Source: Nitrospirota bacterium
GTDB lineage: Bacteria > Nitrospirota > Thermodesulfovibrionia > Thermodesulfovibrionales > Dissulfurispiraceae
NCBI GenBank assembly: GCA_040758355.1
Contig: JBFLWF010000005.1
Span: 1-64,000 of the forward strand
Length of the DNA stretch: 64,000 bases
Reading direction: 5' to 3'
Position 1 is the stretch's first letter; each line of letters starts with the position of its first letter. Shown here piece after piece: positions 9,113 through 20,277 of this stretch. The notes beneath the pieces were generated by a model, which saw nothing but the letters and a program-made list of their open reading frames with translations, was not told where the DNA came from and did not search any database. The position numbers and the translations under genes were made by a program.

Positions 9113-10537
9113 ATGGAACTCGGGCCAAAGACAAAAATTCATGACTTGTTAAAAAAATATCCCTTTGTAAAAGACTTCCTTATAGCCTTTAATCCGCAGT
9201 TTAAGGCATTGGACAATCCCTTTATGATGAGGACAATAGGCAGGCTGGCTACACTCAGCAAGGTAGCGATCATTGGAGGGGTTGAAATTCAAAAGCTCAT
9301 TTCAGCAATAGCAGATGAGATAAAAGACAAAACTGGTGAGACCATCGAGATTAGCAGTATACCGCCTGATGAAGAGATCGATGAATACAAAAGGCTCGAA
9401 ATATTAAAGGATATCATAAGGGATCTCCACAAGGGCGTTGATGTGAAGATAGTGAAAAAGAGGTTCCACGAATTGATAAAGGATATAGACCCATCAGAGA
9501 TAGCGAATATGGAGCAGCAGCTCATACAGGAAGGCATGCCAGAGGAAGAGGTAAAAAGATTGTGCGAAGTCCATGTGGAGGTGTTCAAGGAGTCCCTCGA
9601 AAAAAAGGTCATGCCGGGTCTGCCTGCAGGGCATCCTGTGCATACCTACATGCTCGAAAACAGGGCTGCTGAAGATATACTCAATGAAATGAAAAAGATA
9701 GAAGACCCTGTCAAAGAACGTCAAAAATTGCTTTCTCTGCTTGATCGCCTTTCGGAGATAGAGCGACATTATGTAAGGAAGGAAAACCAGCTCTTCCCCG
9801 TGCTTGAGGCAAAAGGCATATCAGGGCCTTCAAAGGTCATGTGGGCGCTCCATGATGATATCCGCATGATGCTAAAAGATGTGAAGGCTAAGACGCAGGA
9901 TTCCGCCATTACTGAAAAGGCTGTAAAGGCCCTTGCTCATATGATAAACGACATGATCTACAAGGAAGAGCATATACTCTTTCCCATGGCCCTCGAGACA
10001 TTGAGCGAAGATGACTGGACAAAGGTGAGGCAGGGAGAGGATGAGATAGGATATGCATGGATAAAACCTGCGGATGAATGGCGTCCTTTGGGGGTGTCTT
10101 TCCAGCAGGCGCTACTGACAGAAAAGGTTGGAAGCTTAAACCTCGATACAGGACAGCTAACTGCCGATCAGGTAAACCTTGTTCTTACCCATCTGCCTCT
10201 TGATATATCGTTTGTCAATGAAAATGACGAGGTTGTTTATTACTCCCAGACTGCAGAGAGGATATTCCCGAGAAGTCCGGGCATAATCGGCAGGAAGGTT
10301 CAGAACTGCCATCCTCCAAAGAGCGTGGATATGGTCGAAAAGATACTTCAGGAATTTAAGTCAGGGAATAAGGATTCTGCCGAGTTCTGGATACAGATGA
10401 AGGGAAGGTTTATCCATATACGATACTTTGCTGCGCGTGACAGAAACGGGAATTATCGGGGCACGCTGGAAGTGAGTCAGGACGTCACAGGAATCAAGCG
10501 GCTCGAAGGAGAAAAACGCCTCCTCGACTGGGATTAA
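9113..10537 (+). CDS. DUF1858/DUF438 hemerythrin-like and PAS domain protein
   Basis: RLCEVH, GHPVH..EN, HYVRKENQLFP, MWALHDDIR, KEEHILFP, C-terminal PAS (NCHPPKS); ATG 9113 behind GGGAGG. Confidence 0.85.
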   Translation: MELGPKTKIHDLLKKYPFVKDFLIAFNPQFKALDNPFMMRTIGRLATLSKVAIIGGVEIQKLISAIADEIKDKTGETIEISSIPPDEEIDEYKRLEILKDIIRDLHKGVDVKIVKKRFHELIKDIDPSEIANMEQQLIQEGMPEEEVKRLCEVHVEVFKESLEKKVMPGLPAGHPVHTYMLENRAAEDILNEMKKIEDPVKERQKLLSLLDRLSEIERHYVRKENQLFPVLEAKGISGPSKVMWALHDDIRMMLKDVKAKTQDSAITEKAVKALAHMINDMIYKEEHILFPMALETLSEDDWTKVRQGEDEIGYAWIKPADEWRPLGVSFQQALLTEKVGSLNLDTGQLTADQVNLVLTHLPLDISFVNENDEVVYYSQTAERIFPRSPGIIGRKVQNCHPPKSVDMVEKILQEFKSGNKDSAEFWIQMKGRFIHIRYFAARDRNGNYRGTLEVSQDVTGIKRLEGEKRLLDWD

Positions 10538-11781
10538 AATACCTTTACAGTAACTTCTTCCCCTGCATCGAGCCCGAGCTTATTTTGTGGAATAACAACA
10601 ATTCCGTCAGCCCTGACAAGGGTGGTTATTAAGCCTGATTTGCCGAGTACAGGGATGGCTGATAATTCTCCGTTTTTCTCTTCGAGATAGACCCTTATGT
10701 GGTCTTCCCTGCCTGCTGCAGAGGCCATATTTTTGGCCATTTTAGCTTTAATGGTTTTAGTAAAGTTTTTTCTTGAATTAAGACCGCCGAGCCTTTCCAT
10801 TACAGGCTTTATGAAGAGGTCAAAACACACAACAGTGGCAGCAGGATGTCCCGGAAGTCCTAAAATGGGCTTATTATTCACAACACCTCCTATCATGGGT
10901 TTTCCGGGCTTTAGAGATACACCATGGAAAAGCACGCCTGAGCCGCCGTATATTTGGGCAATGTCGTCTATAATCTGTGCTGTCATATCTTTTGTGCCGG
11001 CAGAGGTGCCTCCGCTTATCAGAACCATATCGGAATCCTGCAATGCCCCTTCCATTGCATCCTTTATAACATCGTAGTCGTCCTTGAATATTCCTTTTTT
11101 TGCTGGTATGCCGCCGTGTTCGCTTATCAGACCCGACAATGTAAATGAATTGATGTCCCTCACCTGCCCTAATTTCAGGGGACTGCTTGCAGGCACTATC
11201 TCATCCCCTGTGGAGATTATCGATACTATAGGCTTTCTGAAGACATCTATCTCTGTTATGCCAAGGCCTGCAAGTGCTCCTATGTCCTGCGCCCTCAGTC
11301 TATGACCTTTTGTGAGAATTGTTTTACCTTTTTTTATGTCCTCGCCCTTTTGGATCACATTTTCATTTGGCGCAATAGACCTCATAACCTCTATCATGTC
11401 GTCAGAAACCGTCTGGGCATGTTCGAGCATTAAAACCGCATCAGCACCCTCTGGAAGCATCCCGCCTGTTGGTATCTTTGCTGACTCTCCAGTGCCCAAT
11501 TTGAAATCAGGGACAGCTCCCATGAATATTTCGTGTTTGACCGCAATATAAGCAGGCGAGTTTTCCTTTGCGCCGAATGAATCTCTTGAATTCAATGCAT
11601 AGCCGTCAACGGTAGATCGGGAAAAGGCAGGAAGGTCTTCGGAAGAGATAACATCAGAGGCTATGATATGGCCATAGCATTCCTCTATCTTAAGTCTTTC
11701 GATTGATAAGTTACCTTCTGATATGGCAGCTAAAACACGCTCAAGCGCCTCTATGGGTAAGAGATAATTTTTATCGAACAT
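10534..11781 (-). CDS. moeA: molybdopterin molybdotransferase MoeA
   Basis: RSTVDGYA, TGGMLPEGADAV, STGDEI, SGGTS, KPGKP, GLPGHP. Confidence 0.93.
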   Translation of the reverse strand: MFDKNYLLPIEALERVLAAISEGNLSIERLKIEECYGHIIASDVISSEDLPAFSRSTVDGYALNSRDSFGAKENSPAYIAVKHEIFMGAVPDFKLGTGESAKIPTGGMLPEGADAVLMLEHAQTVSDDMIEVMRSIAPNENVIQKGEDIKKGKTILTKGHRLRAQDIGALAGLGITEIDVFRKPIVSIISTGDEIVPASSPLKLGQVRDINSFTLSGLISEHGGIPAKKGIFKDDYDVIKDAMEGALQDSDMVLISGGTSAGTKDMTAQIIDDIAQIYGGSGVLFHGVSLKPGKPMIGGVVNNKPILGLPGHPAATVVCFDLFIKPVMERLGGLNSRKNFTKTIKAKMAKNMASAAGREDHIRVYLEEKNGELSAIPVLGKSGLITTLVRADGIVVIPQNKLGLDAGEEVTVKVF

Positions 11782-11828
11782 GCATTAAGGTTATCAGAAT
11801 CGGAAATCATTTTTCTACATGTTTAAGC

Positions 11829-13748
11829 CTAAACCCTTTTCTTTCCCATTTTTTGCTCATACATGAACGCATCTGCCTTGCCGATGAGATCGTCGAGGGA
11901 ATATGGTTGTGCCGGGTCATAGACCGCTGTACCAACGCTGATTGACAGCTTGTAGCTTCTGTTTGCCTGCTCATTGTGCGATTCAATGTTTTTGCTCAGG
12001 CGCTCCTTGAGGATATTTTCGCTATCCACGGATGCATCGCTCACAAGCACCGCGAACTCATCGCCTCCAAAACGGGCAATAACATCAGAGTCGCGAAACG
12101 TCTCACGTAAAACCTGCGCTGTTTCTTTTATGGCCATGTCTCCCGTATGGTGGCCGAGGTTGTCATTTATCAATTTCAGATCATCCATATCCACAAAAAA
12201 GAACATCATCTCTTTTTTAGTCCTGTCTGCAATCTTGATCTGCTGCTGCGCAAATGTCAAAAATCCACGTCTGTTATATAGGCCCGTCAGTTCATCATTG
12301 AGGGATAAATCCCTGAGTTCCTGTTTCAGTCTATGACTTTCTGTGACATCCCTAAAATACCATATCCTTGCATATGGTATGCCTTCCGGCAAAAGCACAG
12401 GCCCTGTAAATCTATCAAAGATTCTTCCGTCATTCAATAATATCTCATCCTTTGACGTCTCATACGGATTTTCATACAGGTATTCCACTTTTGAAATAAA
12501 CTCCTCGGCGTATTTCAAAAATGGAAGGATATAATCGAGGAGTTTTCTGTCATCAAAGGTCTGTATTAATTCTTCAGGTATTCCCCACATCTCGGCAAAT
12601 CTGGAGTTATAGTTTAATACCTTCCTTTTTTCATCTATTACCAGAATGCCGTCTATGGATGTCTCCTGCTGGGCCTTTAACAGAGAATTGAAGCGTTTAA
12701 GCAGCTCTCCATCGAGCCTGTGTTCCTCTTCCCTGAGCAATACAGTCTCCATCATCTCTTTCATTGAATGGGACAGGTCAGCCAATTCATCCTCATGGCC
12801 CTCACCGACAGAAGCAAGCATTTGCCTTGTAGCAGGAGAAAAGGCATGTTCACGGGCAAATTGGTCAGCAGATGAGTCCAGATGCATAATCCTCTTGACA
12901 GTGTCGGTTATCCACGACCCCAGTGTAATCCATATGAGAATAAGCATAAAGCTCAAGCCGGCAGCTCCAAACAGAACGCTCTCCCATACTGAAAAAGGAG
13001 GAATAATCCGGTGCTGCAGGATAAGAAGGGGCGTCTCCTCATCTGTTTCCTCTGCACGCCTGTCCCATGGCACGACACGCTGCTCATAACGGATACCCTT
13101 GGAAACAAGGGAGCCGCTATAGCCGTGACTCACCCGGTCTTTGCCTATATCGCCAATAGAACTGGCTAACACATTGTTCCCGTAAGTAACAAACAATTCT
13201 GTATGTGGATAGGCCAGATAATAAAGGAGGGCATTATCCAGAGCCTTGAACAAAAACAGATGCCCCATGCCGTCCTTTCCCAGCCATAAAGGCTGGCTGA
13301 ACACACGTTAAACCTTTTCTCCAGTCTTGCTATGAAACCATCGTTTGACCGGGTCAATTACTATTGGAAGATCGTCAGGTACTGCTCCATGCTGGAATTT
13401 TATCCTGCCAGCGGCATCGCCGATGACAAGTGCATCGAACACTTCTTTGGTCTCCCCTGCTGTCAAATAAGCATAAAGGCGGGGCCACCTGTTTTTCTCA
13501 AAGTCCATGAGGCGTAATGCCTCTATGCCCGCTCTGTTGCATACGGCCTCCCTCTCCCATTCCGTATTCAAGGCCTGCAAGCGGTTATTGAAGTGCTGGC
13601 GCGAGTCGTCACCCATGTGAACAGCAAACCGTTCCATGGTAACGAAGTAGAAATATACAATACCAACGAATGTGATAATTAGTGTCACACCCAGAACGTA
13701 TAACAGGCGCAGCGTTGCCTGTCGTCTCAGGGTAATGCGAGCTGCCAT
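11829..13748 (-). pseudogene. membrane sensor PAS-GGDEF diguanylate cyclase split by an in-frame TAA at 13308-13310
   Basis: ORFs 13308-13748 (TM plus periplasmic start) and 11829-13304 (TM, PAS, ARFGGDEF) are in the same frame, reading KV*RVFSQ. Confidence 0.75.
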
Positions 13749-13750
13749 AT

Positions 13751-14782
13751 CTACTCTTTCCTTCCTGCCCAGCGATCCATTACCATCTTTTCAAGAACCA
13801 GAGACATAGCCTTTGGATCAGTGCCTGAGGTCTGATGGAAAAATCGCTCTGTTTCATTCAACTGCTTTGTGGAAAAACGGCCGTCTGGGCTGTAGATACG
13901 GGGATATTTTTTCAATGCGGCAATCAGAAATTTCTTTTCCTCGGTATCGGTAATTTGCAATTTTTCTGCGATCTGTTCAGGTGTATGTGCAGCCACCCAC
14001 CGGAGGGTTCGCTGCAGGATTTTTATCATTATCTCGGCCTTGCGCGGCTCGCTCTGGATAAGGTCGGAACGGGTTGATAGGACTGCATGCAGAAAGCCGC
14101 CGCCGGGGATGGAGCGTGCTGTCTGAGGGTCGCCCAGATTCATCAGGAAAAAGACCTTGCCATCCGATAAAAGACGTGTGGCAAAAGGCTCATCACCCAT
14201 GACGGCATCCACCATGCCGCTTAAAAGCATTGAAGACTGCTCATTCCAGCTCTGTCCTGCCGGGATTATGCGCACCTGCCATGGAGATACGCCAGCAGAT
14301 CTCAAAACAAGTTCCATAAGCTGCTGGGATGTGGTTTTGCTTGTCAGGGAACTCGTATTGACTCCGAGAACGCGTCCCTTGAGGTCAGAGATTCTCTTAA
14401 CCTTCTCTCTGAGATCAGAGCGTACCATGAGCACAAACAGCGGCAAATCGTCCACTGCTGCAAGTGCTACAACATCGCTGCCATTGACTCTCTGCGACAT
14501 AACAGCCGGCAAGCCTACAACAGCAAAATCACTGTTATAAGAAATCAGGTGCTGCAGGGCGACAGCTCCTCCACCAGTATGGCGCAGCACCACCCTTGCC
14601 CCCTCGTCTCGGTCTGCACCGATACGGCTGATAAGATCAATAGGAAGATATGAGAGATTTCTTGGGCCCGGAACGCTCACTGTTATCTTCATTGGCTCTG
14701 CGCTATGACACGGCAAAGACATCACTCCCAGTAGCCATAGGAACATCACGCTAAAAAGGTAAATAATTTTTTTTGTTTGCAT
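13751..14782 (-). CDS. periplasmic substrate-binding protein, NitT/TauT/SsuA-like
   Basis: Signal peptide, GGGAVAL..DFA, DLKGRVLG, VDAVMGDEPF. Confidence 0.75.
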   Translation of the reverse strand: MQTKKIIYLFSVMFLWLLGVMSLPCHSAEPMKITVSVPGPRNLSYLPIDLISRIGADRDEGARVVLRHTGGGAVALQHLISYNSDFAVVGLPAVMSQRVNGSDVVALAAVDDLPLFVLMVRSDLREKVKRISDLKGRVLGVNTSSLTSKTTSQQLMELVLRSAGVSPWQVRIIPAGQSWNEQSSMLLSGMVDAVMGDEPFATRLLSDGKVFFLMNLGDPQTARSIPGGGFLHAVLSTRSDLIQSEPRKAEIMIKILQRTLRWVAAHTPEQIAEKLQITDTEEKKFLIAALKKYPRIYSPDGRFSTKQLNETERFFHQTSGTDPKAMSLVLEKMVMDRWAGRKE

Positions 14783-14799
14783 ACTCTGGCGGGAAAATT

Positions 14800-15483
14800 T
14801 TATAGAGGGCTTTTACTCAAAACAGAGGCGTCCTCGCCGTTCTGCAGCAAATCCAGAATGCCGGCCATGGATTCGTCATGGAGATTACAAATATGTTTTT
14901 TATCGAGTCCCCTTTTCCTCTGCTTATTAAAAACAGAAAGGAATACCATCCCCTTATATATCCTTTTGTTTGTATTAAAAGAGAATATGAACCTGTCGAG
15001 GGAGTTTTCGAGGAACCTGTCATTTCTCCTTTGAACCGCCCTGTTGATAGTCATAGACTCAAGCCAGTATGCCTTGTTTATCAGGCTGTCTGCCTTCATC
15101 TCGATCCATGCATGTCCAACATTCCATTTATCTTCTGTAAGTGCTTCATGGGCGACTGTGTCTGCGGCTAAGTGGCTCAGATAGCCGTATACGAATGCCT
15201 TTTCAGGCCCTTTCTTTGCCTGTTCCATGAGCTTCAGTCCCATATCCCAGCTATGAGAGCTTTTATCGTCAGGGAGATATTTCTTTCCCAGTATCATATC
15301 AGCCATGAGGTTTCCGTAAAGGAAGTCCTGCCTGTATTTCCTTAAGAGGGTCATTATTCCTGCAGGGATAAGCGGTGCATAGGAATATATTTCGCTTCCA
15401 AGATAAATATGGGTCAATGGCCCCCATGCAAAGGAAAATGATGGTACGAGTAAAAATCCAATTAGAAATAATAAGAATATCAT
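14800..15483 (-). CDS. zinc-dependent phospholipase C family protein
   Basis: Signal peptide, then WGPLTH and GYLSHLAAD..H. Confidence 0.75.
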   Translation of the reverse strand: MIFLLFLIGFLLVPSFSFAWGPLTHIYLGSEIYSYAPLIPAGIMTLLRKYRQDFLYGNLMADMILGKKYLPDDKSSHSWDMGLKLMEQAKKGPEKAFVYGYLSHLAADTVAHEALTEDKWNVGHAWIEMKADSLINKAYWLESMTINRAVQRRNDRFLENSLDRFIFSFNTNKRIYKGMVFLSVFNKQRKRGLDKKHICNLHDESMAGILDLLQNGEDASVLSKSPL

Positions 15484-15485
15484 GA

Positions 15486-16952
15486 TTATATCTCCTTCAA
15501 AAAATTAAGCAATAATCTCACACCGATGGCTGTAGCGCCTTTTGGCATATATGGCTTGTCCTTGTCATTCCATGCAGTGCCTGCTATGTCAAGGTGAACC
15601 CACGGCGTATCGCCTGCGAACTCCTTAAGAAAATAACCTGCTGTCACGAGGGAGCCGTTTTTACCCCCGCTATTCTTTATATCAGCCGCATCGCTTTTTA
15701 TATAATCCTTATACTCGTCATAAAGTGGCATCTGCCATACCCTTTCATAGGTATCTTCCGAGGCCCTTTTCAGCTTTTCCATAAGATCATCTCCATTGCC
15801 CATCATTGCCATGGCCTCATTACCGAGGGCAATTGAGCATGCACCTGTTAGCGTGGCTATATCAATCACGGCCTTTGGCTTATAATATTTTATTGCATAT
15901 CCAATGGCATCTGCAAGGGCGAGCCTGCCCTCAGCATCCGTATTTATTATCTCTATTGTCTTTCCTGTTATCGTCTTAACAATATCACCCGGCTTTGATG
16001 CACTGCCTCCCGGGAGATTCTCTGTAGCAGGAAGGATACCTACTATATTTACAGGCAATTCCAGTTCCGAAGCCGCCTTAATTATGGCAAGGACAGAAGC
16101 ACCGCCTGACATGTCGTATTTCATCTTTTCCATTCCTTCGGCAGGCTTCAGGGATATTCCGCCGCTGTCAAAAGTTATGGACTTGCCCACAAGGGCCAAT
16201 GGCCCACCCTTTCCACCTTTATACTCAACTATGATTAATTTCGGAGGTTCAGCAGAGCCTTTAGACACAGAGAGATAAGCACCCATACCCTCTTTTTCTA
16301 TGTCTTTTTTCTCTAATACCTTAACCTTAATCTTCTTGCCCGAAATAGACTTTGCGACATTACTCAAAACAGTAGGGGTCATGTCATTGGACGGTGTATT
16401 TACAAGATCTTTTGCAAAATTCACGGCAGAGACAGATGTCTGAAGCCACTTAAGAGGAATGTCCTTATCCGTGCCGAGAATGGTTGCTGTCTTTATCTCC
16501 TTGCTGTTTTCTGATTTTTTGTATTTTTCGAATTTATAAAGGCTTAAAAGTCCGCCCTCGATAAAATAAAAAACCGGTTTCTGTGGTACCTTAAAATTCT
16601 TCGGCAGGTAGCCGAATATGTTGGTTGATACAGCAATATCCTTAACTCCTATATCCCTGAGAAAGGAAAATGCCCTGCCTCCTGCCTGCCTTATTCTGTC
16701 GGTTGTTATATCGGATTGTTTGCCAAGCCCTATAAGCAAGATTCTATCGGAATTTATATTCCTGACATGAAGCAGGGCAGTCTGATTCTGTTTGCCTGTG
16801 AATTCCTTTGAATTGATTACCCTTCTTATGAAGCCGCCGGTTATGGAATCTATATCTGAATAAATATCTATGGAATTATTCTCGAAGAGGGGAAGGACCA
16901 ATGCATCCGCTTTTATCCCTTCTTCCGGTATGTTTTTAATAAGGATATTCAT
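15486..16952 (-). CDS. pepA: leucyl aminopeptidase (M17)
   Basis: VGKSITFDSGG, MKYDMSG, NTDAEGRL, HLDIAG. Confidence 0.95.
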   Translation of the reverse strand: MNILIKNIPEEGIKADALVLPLFENNSIDIYSDIDSITGGFIRRVINSKEFTGKQNQTALLHVRNINSDRILLIGLGKQSDITTDRIRQAGGRAFSFLRDIGVKDIAVSTNIFGYLPKNFKVPQKPVFYFIEGGLLSLYKFEKYKKSENSKEIKTATILGTDKDIPLKWLQTSVSAVNFAKDLVNTPSNDMTPTVLSNVAKSISGKKIKVKVLEKKDIEKEGMGAYLSVSKGSAEPPKLIIVEYKGGKGGPLALVGKSITFDSGGISLKPAEGMEKMKYDMSGGASVLAIIKAASELELPVNIVGILPATENLPGGSASKPGDIVKTITGKTIEIINTDAEGRLALADAIGYAIKYYKPKAVIDIATLTGACSIALGNEAMAMMGNGDDLMEKLKRASEDTYERVWQMPLYDEYKDYIKSDAADIKNSGGKNGSLVTAGYFLKEFAGDTPWVHLDIAGTAWNDKDKPYMPKGATAIGVRLLLNFLKEI

Positions 16953-17632
16953 TACGACTGGTTCTTATCGGCCTGTGTTATTGTATATTTTGGGGAACGG
17001 TTGTATTTGCTCATTGCCTTATCGATCCCTTCCGTTACAACCGCCGTAACAGCACGGGATGCATATATTATAACATCTTTTATAAGATTTTTCTCAGGTG
17101 GTTTAAAATTCTGAAGGACATACTCTTCAACAGGGACGGTTTTATCACGCCCTATTCCAACCTTAACACGCACAAAATCCTTTGTTCCAAGTTCCTGTAT
17201 TATAGATTCGATTCCCCGATGCCCGCCGGATGAGCCGCCCCGTCTGATCTTTATAGCCCCTGCATCGATATCGAGATCATCATGCACCACTATCAGCCTG
17301 TCCATCAAATTATCTGCAGATATATTGGCCTTTTTTAGTATCTTCTTTACAGCAAGTCCGCTTCTGTTCATAAAAGTAAGGGGCTTTAGAAGGATAACAT
17401 TGACTCCTTCTATAGCCCCTTTGCCGATCATATAGACATCCCTTTCTTCCAAAGGGATATTATATTCTTCCGAAAGCCGGTCTATTACCCTGAAACCTAT
17501 ATTATGGCGGGTTGCAGAGTATTTACTTCCAGGATTGCCTAAACCAGCAATAACCCACACACGCAAAGGGGGGACTTTATGTCCCCCCTTTGAAATTCCC
17601 CCTAAAGTAGCACAAAAATATTTCAGCACCAT
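16952..17632 (-). CDS. pth: peptidyl-tRNA hydrolase (conserved core begins at GTG 17560)
   Basis: GLGNPG, TRHNIGF, KPLTFMNRSG, HDDLD, GGHRG. Confidence 0.95.
   Translation of the reverse strand: MVLKYFCATLGGISKGGHKVPPLRVWVIAGLGNPGSKYSATRHNIGFRVIDRLSEEYNIPLEERDVYMIGKGAIEGVNVILLKPLTFMNRSGLAVKKILKKANISADNLMDRLIVVHDDLDIDAGAIKIRRGGSSGGHRGIESIIQELGTKDFVRVKVGIGRDKTVPVEEYVLQNFKPPEKNLIKDVIIYASRAVTAVVTEGIDKAMSKYNRSPKYTITQADKNQS
17564..17604. repeat. G/C-run palindromic element at the pth 5' end
   Basis: CAAAGGGGGGAC-TTTAT-GTCCCCCCTTTG-AAATTCCCCCT; related copy at 52899. Confidence 0.7.
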
Positions 17633-17640
17633 CTATACTT

Positions 17641-18279
17641 TTATTTTTCTTCTTCCTTCTTACCCTTCTTGATAACTTCGGGCTCTACAGTCTCGGCAGG
17701 AACTGCTGCCGGTGCTGCCACCTCTTCCTTGACCGCTATGACCGTTGCCAGAACCTCATCAGGGTCTGTCAAGACTTTGATGCCCTCTCCTAATTTTAAG
17801 TCGCTGACATGAATAGACTGACCAAGACCCATATTGGTGACATCCACATCAACGTGGCCGGGGATTTTATCAGGCAGACACTCGATCTCTATCTCCCTCA
17901 AGCCATGCTGGAGAATTCCTTTGTCCCTCTTAACACCGATTGCCTCGCCTTTTATAACCACATGCACCATGACCCTTATTGCCTCTGTAGCTGATATTTC
18001 CTGAAAGTCTACATGAAGAAGATTACCCATAACAGGGTCTACCTGGTAGTCCTTGACAATGGCCTGTTTCGTGTCATCTGGGAACTGGAGATTAACGATT
18101 ACCTGCTCTCCTGCCGTCTTGCTGATAAACTGGGAGAGTTCCTTTCCCGAAAGCTGTACTGGCAGAGAGTTTCCCCCTTTATATAGAATGGCAGGGATAA
18201 CGCCACTCCTTCTTAATGACCTTGCTCCGCCTTTGCCTGATTTCTCCCTTTTTTCTACACCGAGCGTTACTCTTTCCAT
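17641..18279 (-). CDS. rplY: 50S ribosomal protein L25/Ctc
   Basis: RSLRRSGVIPAILY, LLHVDF, C-terminal beta domain. Confidence 0.95.
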   Translation of the reverse strand: MERVTLGVEKREKSGKGGARSLRRSGVIPAILYKGGNSLPVQLSGKELSQFISKTAGEQVIVNLQFPDDTKQAIVKDYQVDPVMGNLLHVDFQEISATEAIRVMVHVVIKGEAIGVKRDKGILQHGLREIEIECLPDKIPGHVDVDVTNMGLGQSIHVSDLKLGEGIKVLTDPDEVLATVIAVKEEVAAPAAVPAETVEPEVIKKGKKEEEK

Positions 18280-18291
18280 ATTTCCTCCTTT

Positions 18292-19233
18292 TTATACAAA
18301 TAATGAACTTACTGATGTCTCTTCATGAATCCTTTTTATTGCCTCTGCCAAGAGTGACGATACGCTTAATACCTTTAACTTCTTGCATACGCTGACCTTA
18401 TCATCCAGAGAGATCGTATCGGTTGTTATGACCTCTTCAAGCACTGAATTGTTTATTCTATCGATAGCGGGTCCTGAAAGCACAGCATGGCTGCAAGCTG
18501 CAAATACCCTCTTTGCACCGTTATCCTTGAGCGCCTGTGCTGCCTGTGTTGTCGTTCCTGCAGTATCTATCATGTCATCGAGGATAATGGCATCCTTACC
18601 TTTTACATCACCTATAACATGCATGACCTTTGAGACATTGGCAGCCTCACGCCTTTTATCGACAATGGCCAATGAGGCATCCAGCCTCTTTGCAAAGGCG
18701 CGTGCCCTTTCAACACCGCCTGCATCTGGCGAGACTATAACGAGGTTTTCGAACCTGCATTTCTTTATATAATCCAGCAAAACAGGGGCAGCATACAGGT
18801 GATCGACAGGGATATTGAAAAAGCCCTGTATCTGTGCTGCGTGGAGGTCTATAGTGAGTATCCTGTTTGTTCCTGCTGCTGTGAGCAGGTCGGCCACAAG
18901 CTTTGAGGATATGGGGACACGGGGCTGCACTTTCCTGTCCTGCCGTGCATAACCGTAATATGGTATGACTGCTGCTATTCTCCTCGCTGACGCCCTTTTC
19001 AAAGCATCTATCAAAAGAAGTAGCTCCATTATGTTATGGTTTACAGGAGCACATGTGGGCTGTATTACAAAGACATCATAGCCTCTTACGTTTTCATTGA
19101 TTTGCACCATTATCTCGCCGTCGCTGAATGCGGTCACTGTAGTATCAGTCAAAGGCATGCCGAAATGCTCGCTTACCTTAACAGCAAGTGACCTATTTGC
19201 ATTTCCTGTAATAAGCTTGACTCCGTTAGTCAT
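18292..19233 (-). CDS. prs: ribose-phosphate pyrophosphokinase
   Basis: [37 protein letters not shown]. Confidence 0.97.
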   Translation of the reverse strand: MTNGVKLITGNANRSLAVKVSEHFGMPLTDTTVTAFSDGEIMVQINENVRGYDVFVIQPTCAPVNHNIMELLLLIDALKRASARRIAAVIPYYGYARQDRKVQPRVPISSKLVADLLTAAGTNRILTIDLHAAQIQGFFNIPVDHLYAAPVLLDYIKKCRFENLVIVSPDAGGVERARAFAKRLDASLAIVDKRREAANVSKVMHVIGDVKGKDAIILDDMIDTAGTTTQAAQALKDNGAKRVFAACSHAVLSGPAIDRINNSVLEEVITTDTISLDDKVSVCKKLKVLSVSSLLAEAIKRIHEETSVSSLFV

Positions 19234-19267
19234 TTTTCCTCCACATATACTGTTTCGTGGCTATTTC

Positions 19268-19339
19268 CTGGGGCGCCAGGATTCGAACCTGGGAATGGCA
19301 GATCCAAAATCTGCTGACTTACCGCTTGTCGACGCCCCA
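19268..19339 (-). tRNA. tRNA-Gln(TTG), CCA not encoded
   Basis: TGGGGCGTCGACAAGCGGTAAGTCAGCAGATTTTGGATCTGCCATTCCCAGGTTCGAATCCTGGCGCCCCAG cloverleaf; usual ispE-tRNA-Gln-prs position. Confidence 0.95.
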
Positions 19340-19345
19340 AAAATA

Positions 19346-20272
19346 TTAAATCAATGTTTCTACAACTCTGTTCCAGTGCGATGAAAACTGCCTTGATGCA
19401 CTAACCGCCTTATCCCTGTCCTCGAAAAGACCGAATACAGTCGAGCCGCTGCCGCTCATAATAGCCATGGATGCCCCGGCATTTAGCAATTTTCCCTTCA
19501 AACTGCCGATAACAGGATATTCCTCTATAACAGCATCCTCAAAATCATTATGTACTCCGGCCTTGAGAAAAGAAATATCCCCTGCCTTAAGGGCATTATA
19601 AATTAAATTGATATTATTAATCTTATCCCCTGTTTTTGTCAATTCTGCCTTTGACCCTTGACCCCTGACCCTTGACCCTAATTTTTCGTATGCCCATGCT
19701 GTGGGTATGGATATGGAGGGCTTTATAAGCAGTAATGTATACGATCTATCTATTTTAAGCGGTGTCAGAATCTCTCCCCTTCCTTCAGCAATAGCTATTG
19801 GACTATTATTAGATATATTGGCAGAAATATTGCCAAAAAAAAATGGCACGTCAGACCCGAGCATGCTGCCGATGGTCTTCAATTCATCGATCTTTAGTCC
19901 AAGACCCCAGAGCTTATTTAAGCCTATTAATGTATATGCTGCATCACTGCTCCCCCCGCCGAGGCCCGCACCTGATGGAATCTCCTTTTTCAGGACAATC
20001 TTTGCCCCATTCTTTATTCCGGCATGCGATTGGAGACTTTTGGCAGCCTTATAGACAAGGTTTTGGTGTGGCGGGATATCCATATCAGTAATAAGCTCGA
20101 TGTTATCGGAATGCTCAAAGGTCAGGGTATCATAAAGCCCGATGCAGTGCATCAATGAAAGGATATTATGATAACCATCATCCCTTTTATTCAGTACATA
20201 AAGGGACCAGTTTATCTTGGCAGGAGCCTTTAAAACAAGTGACGAGTGACGAGTGACGAGTGACGAGTTCAC
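19346..20272 (-). CDS. ispE: 4-diphosphocytidyl-2-C-methyl-D-erythritol kinase
   Basis: APAKIN, KEIPSGAGLGGGSSDAA, GSDVPFF, MSGSGSTVF. Confidence 0.95.
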   Translation of the reverse strand: MNSSLVTRHSSLVLKAPAKINWSLYVLNKRDDGYHNILSLMHCIGLYDTLTFEHSDNIELITDMDIPPHQNLVYKAAKSLQSHAGIKNGAKIVLKKEIPSGAGLGGGSSDAAYTLIGLNKLWGLGLKIDELKTIGSMLGSDVPFFFGNISANISNNSPIAIAEGRGEILTPLKIDRSYTLLLIKPSISIPTAWAYEKLGSRVRGQGSKAELTKTGDKINNINLIYNALKAGDISFLKAGVHNDFEDAVIEEYPVIGSLKGKLLNAGASMAIMSGSGSTVFGLFEDRDKAVSASRQFSSHWNRVVETLI

Positions 20273-20277
20273 AACAA

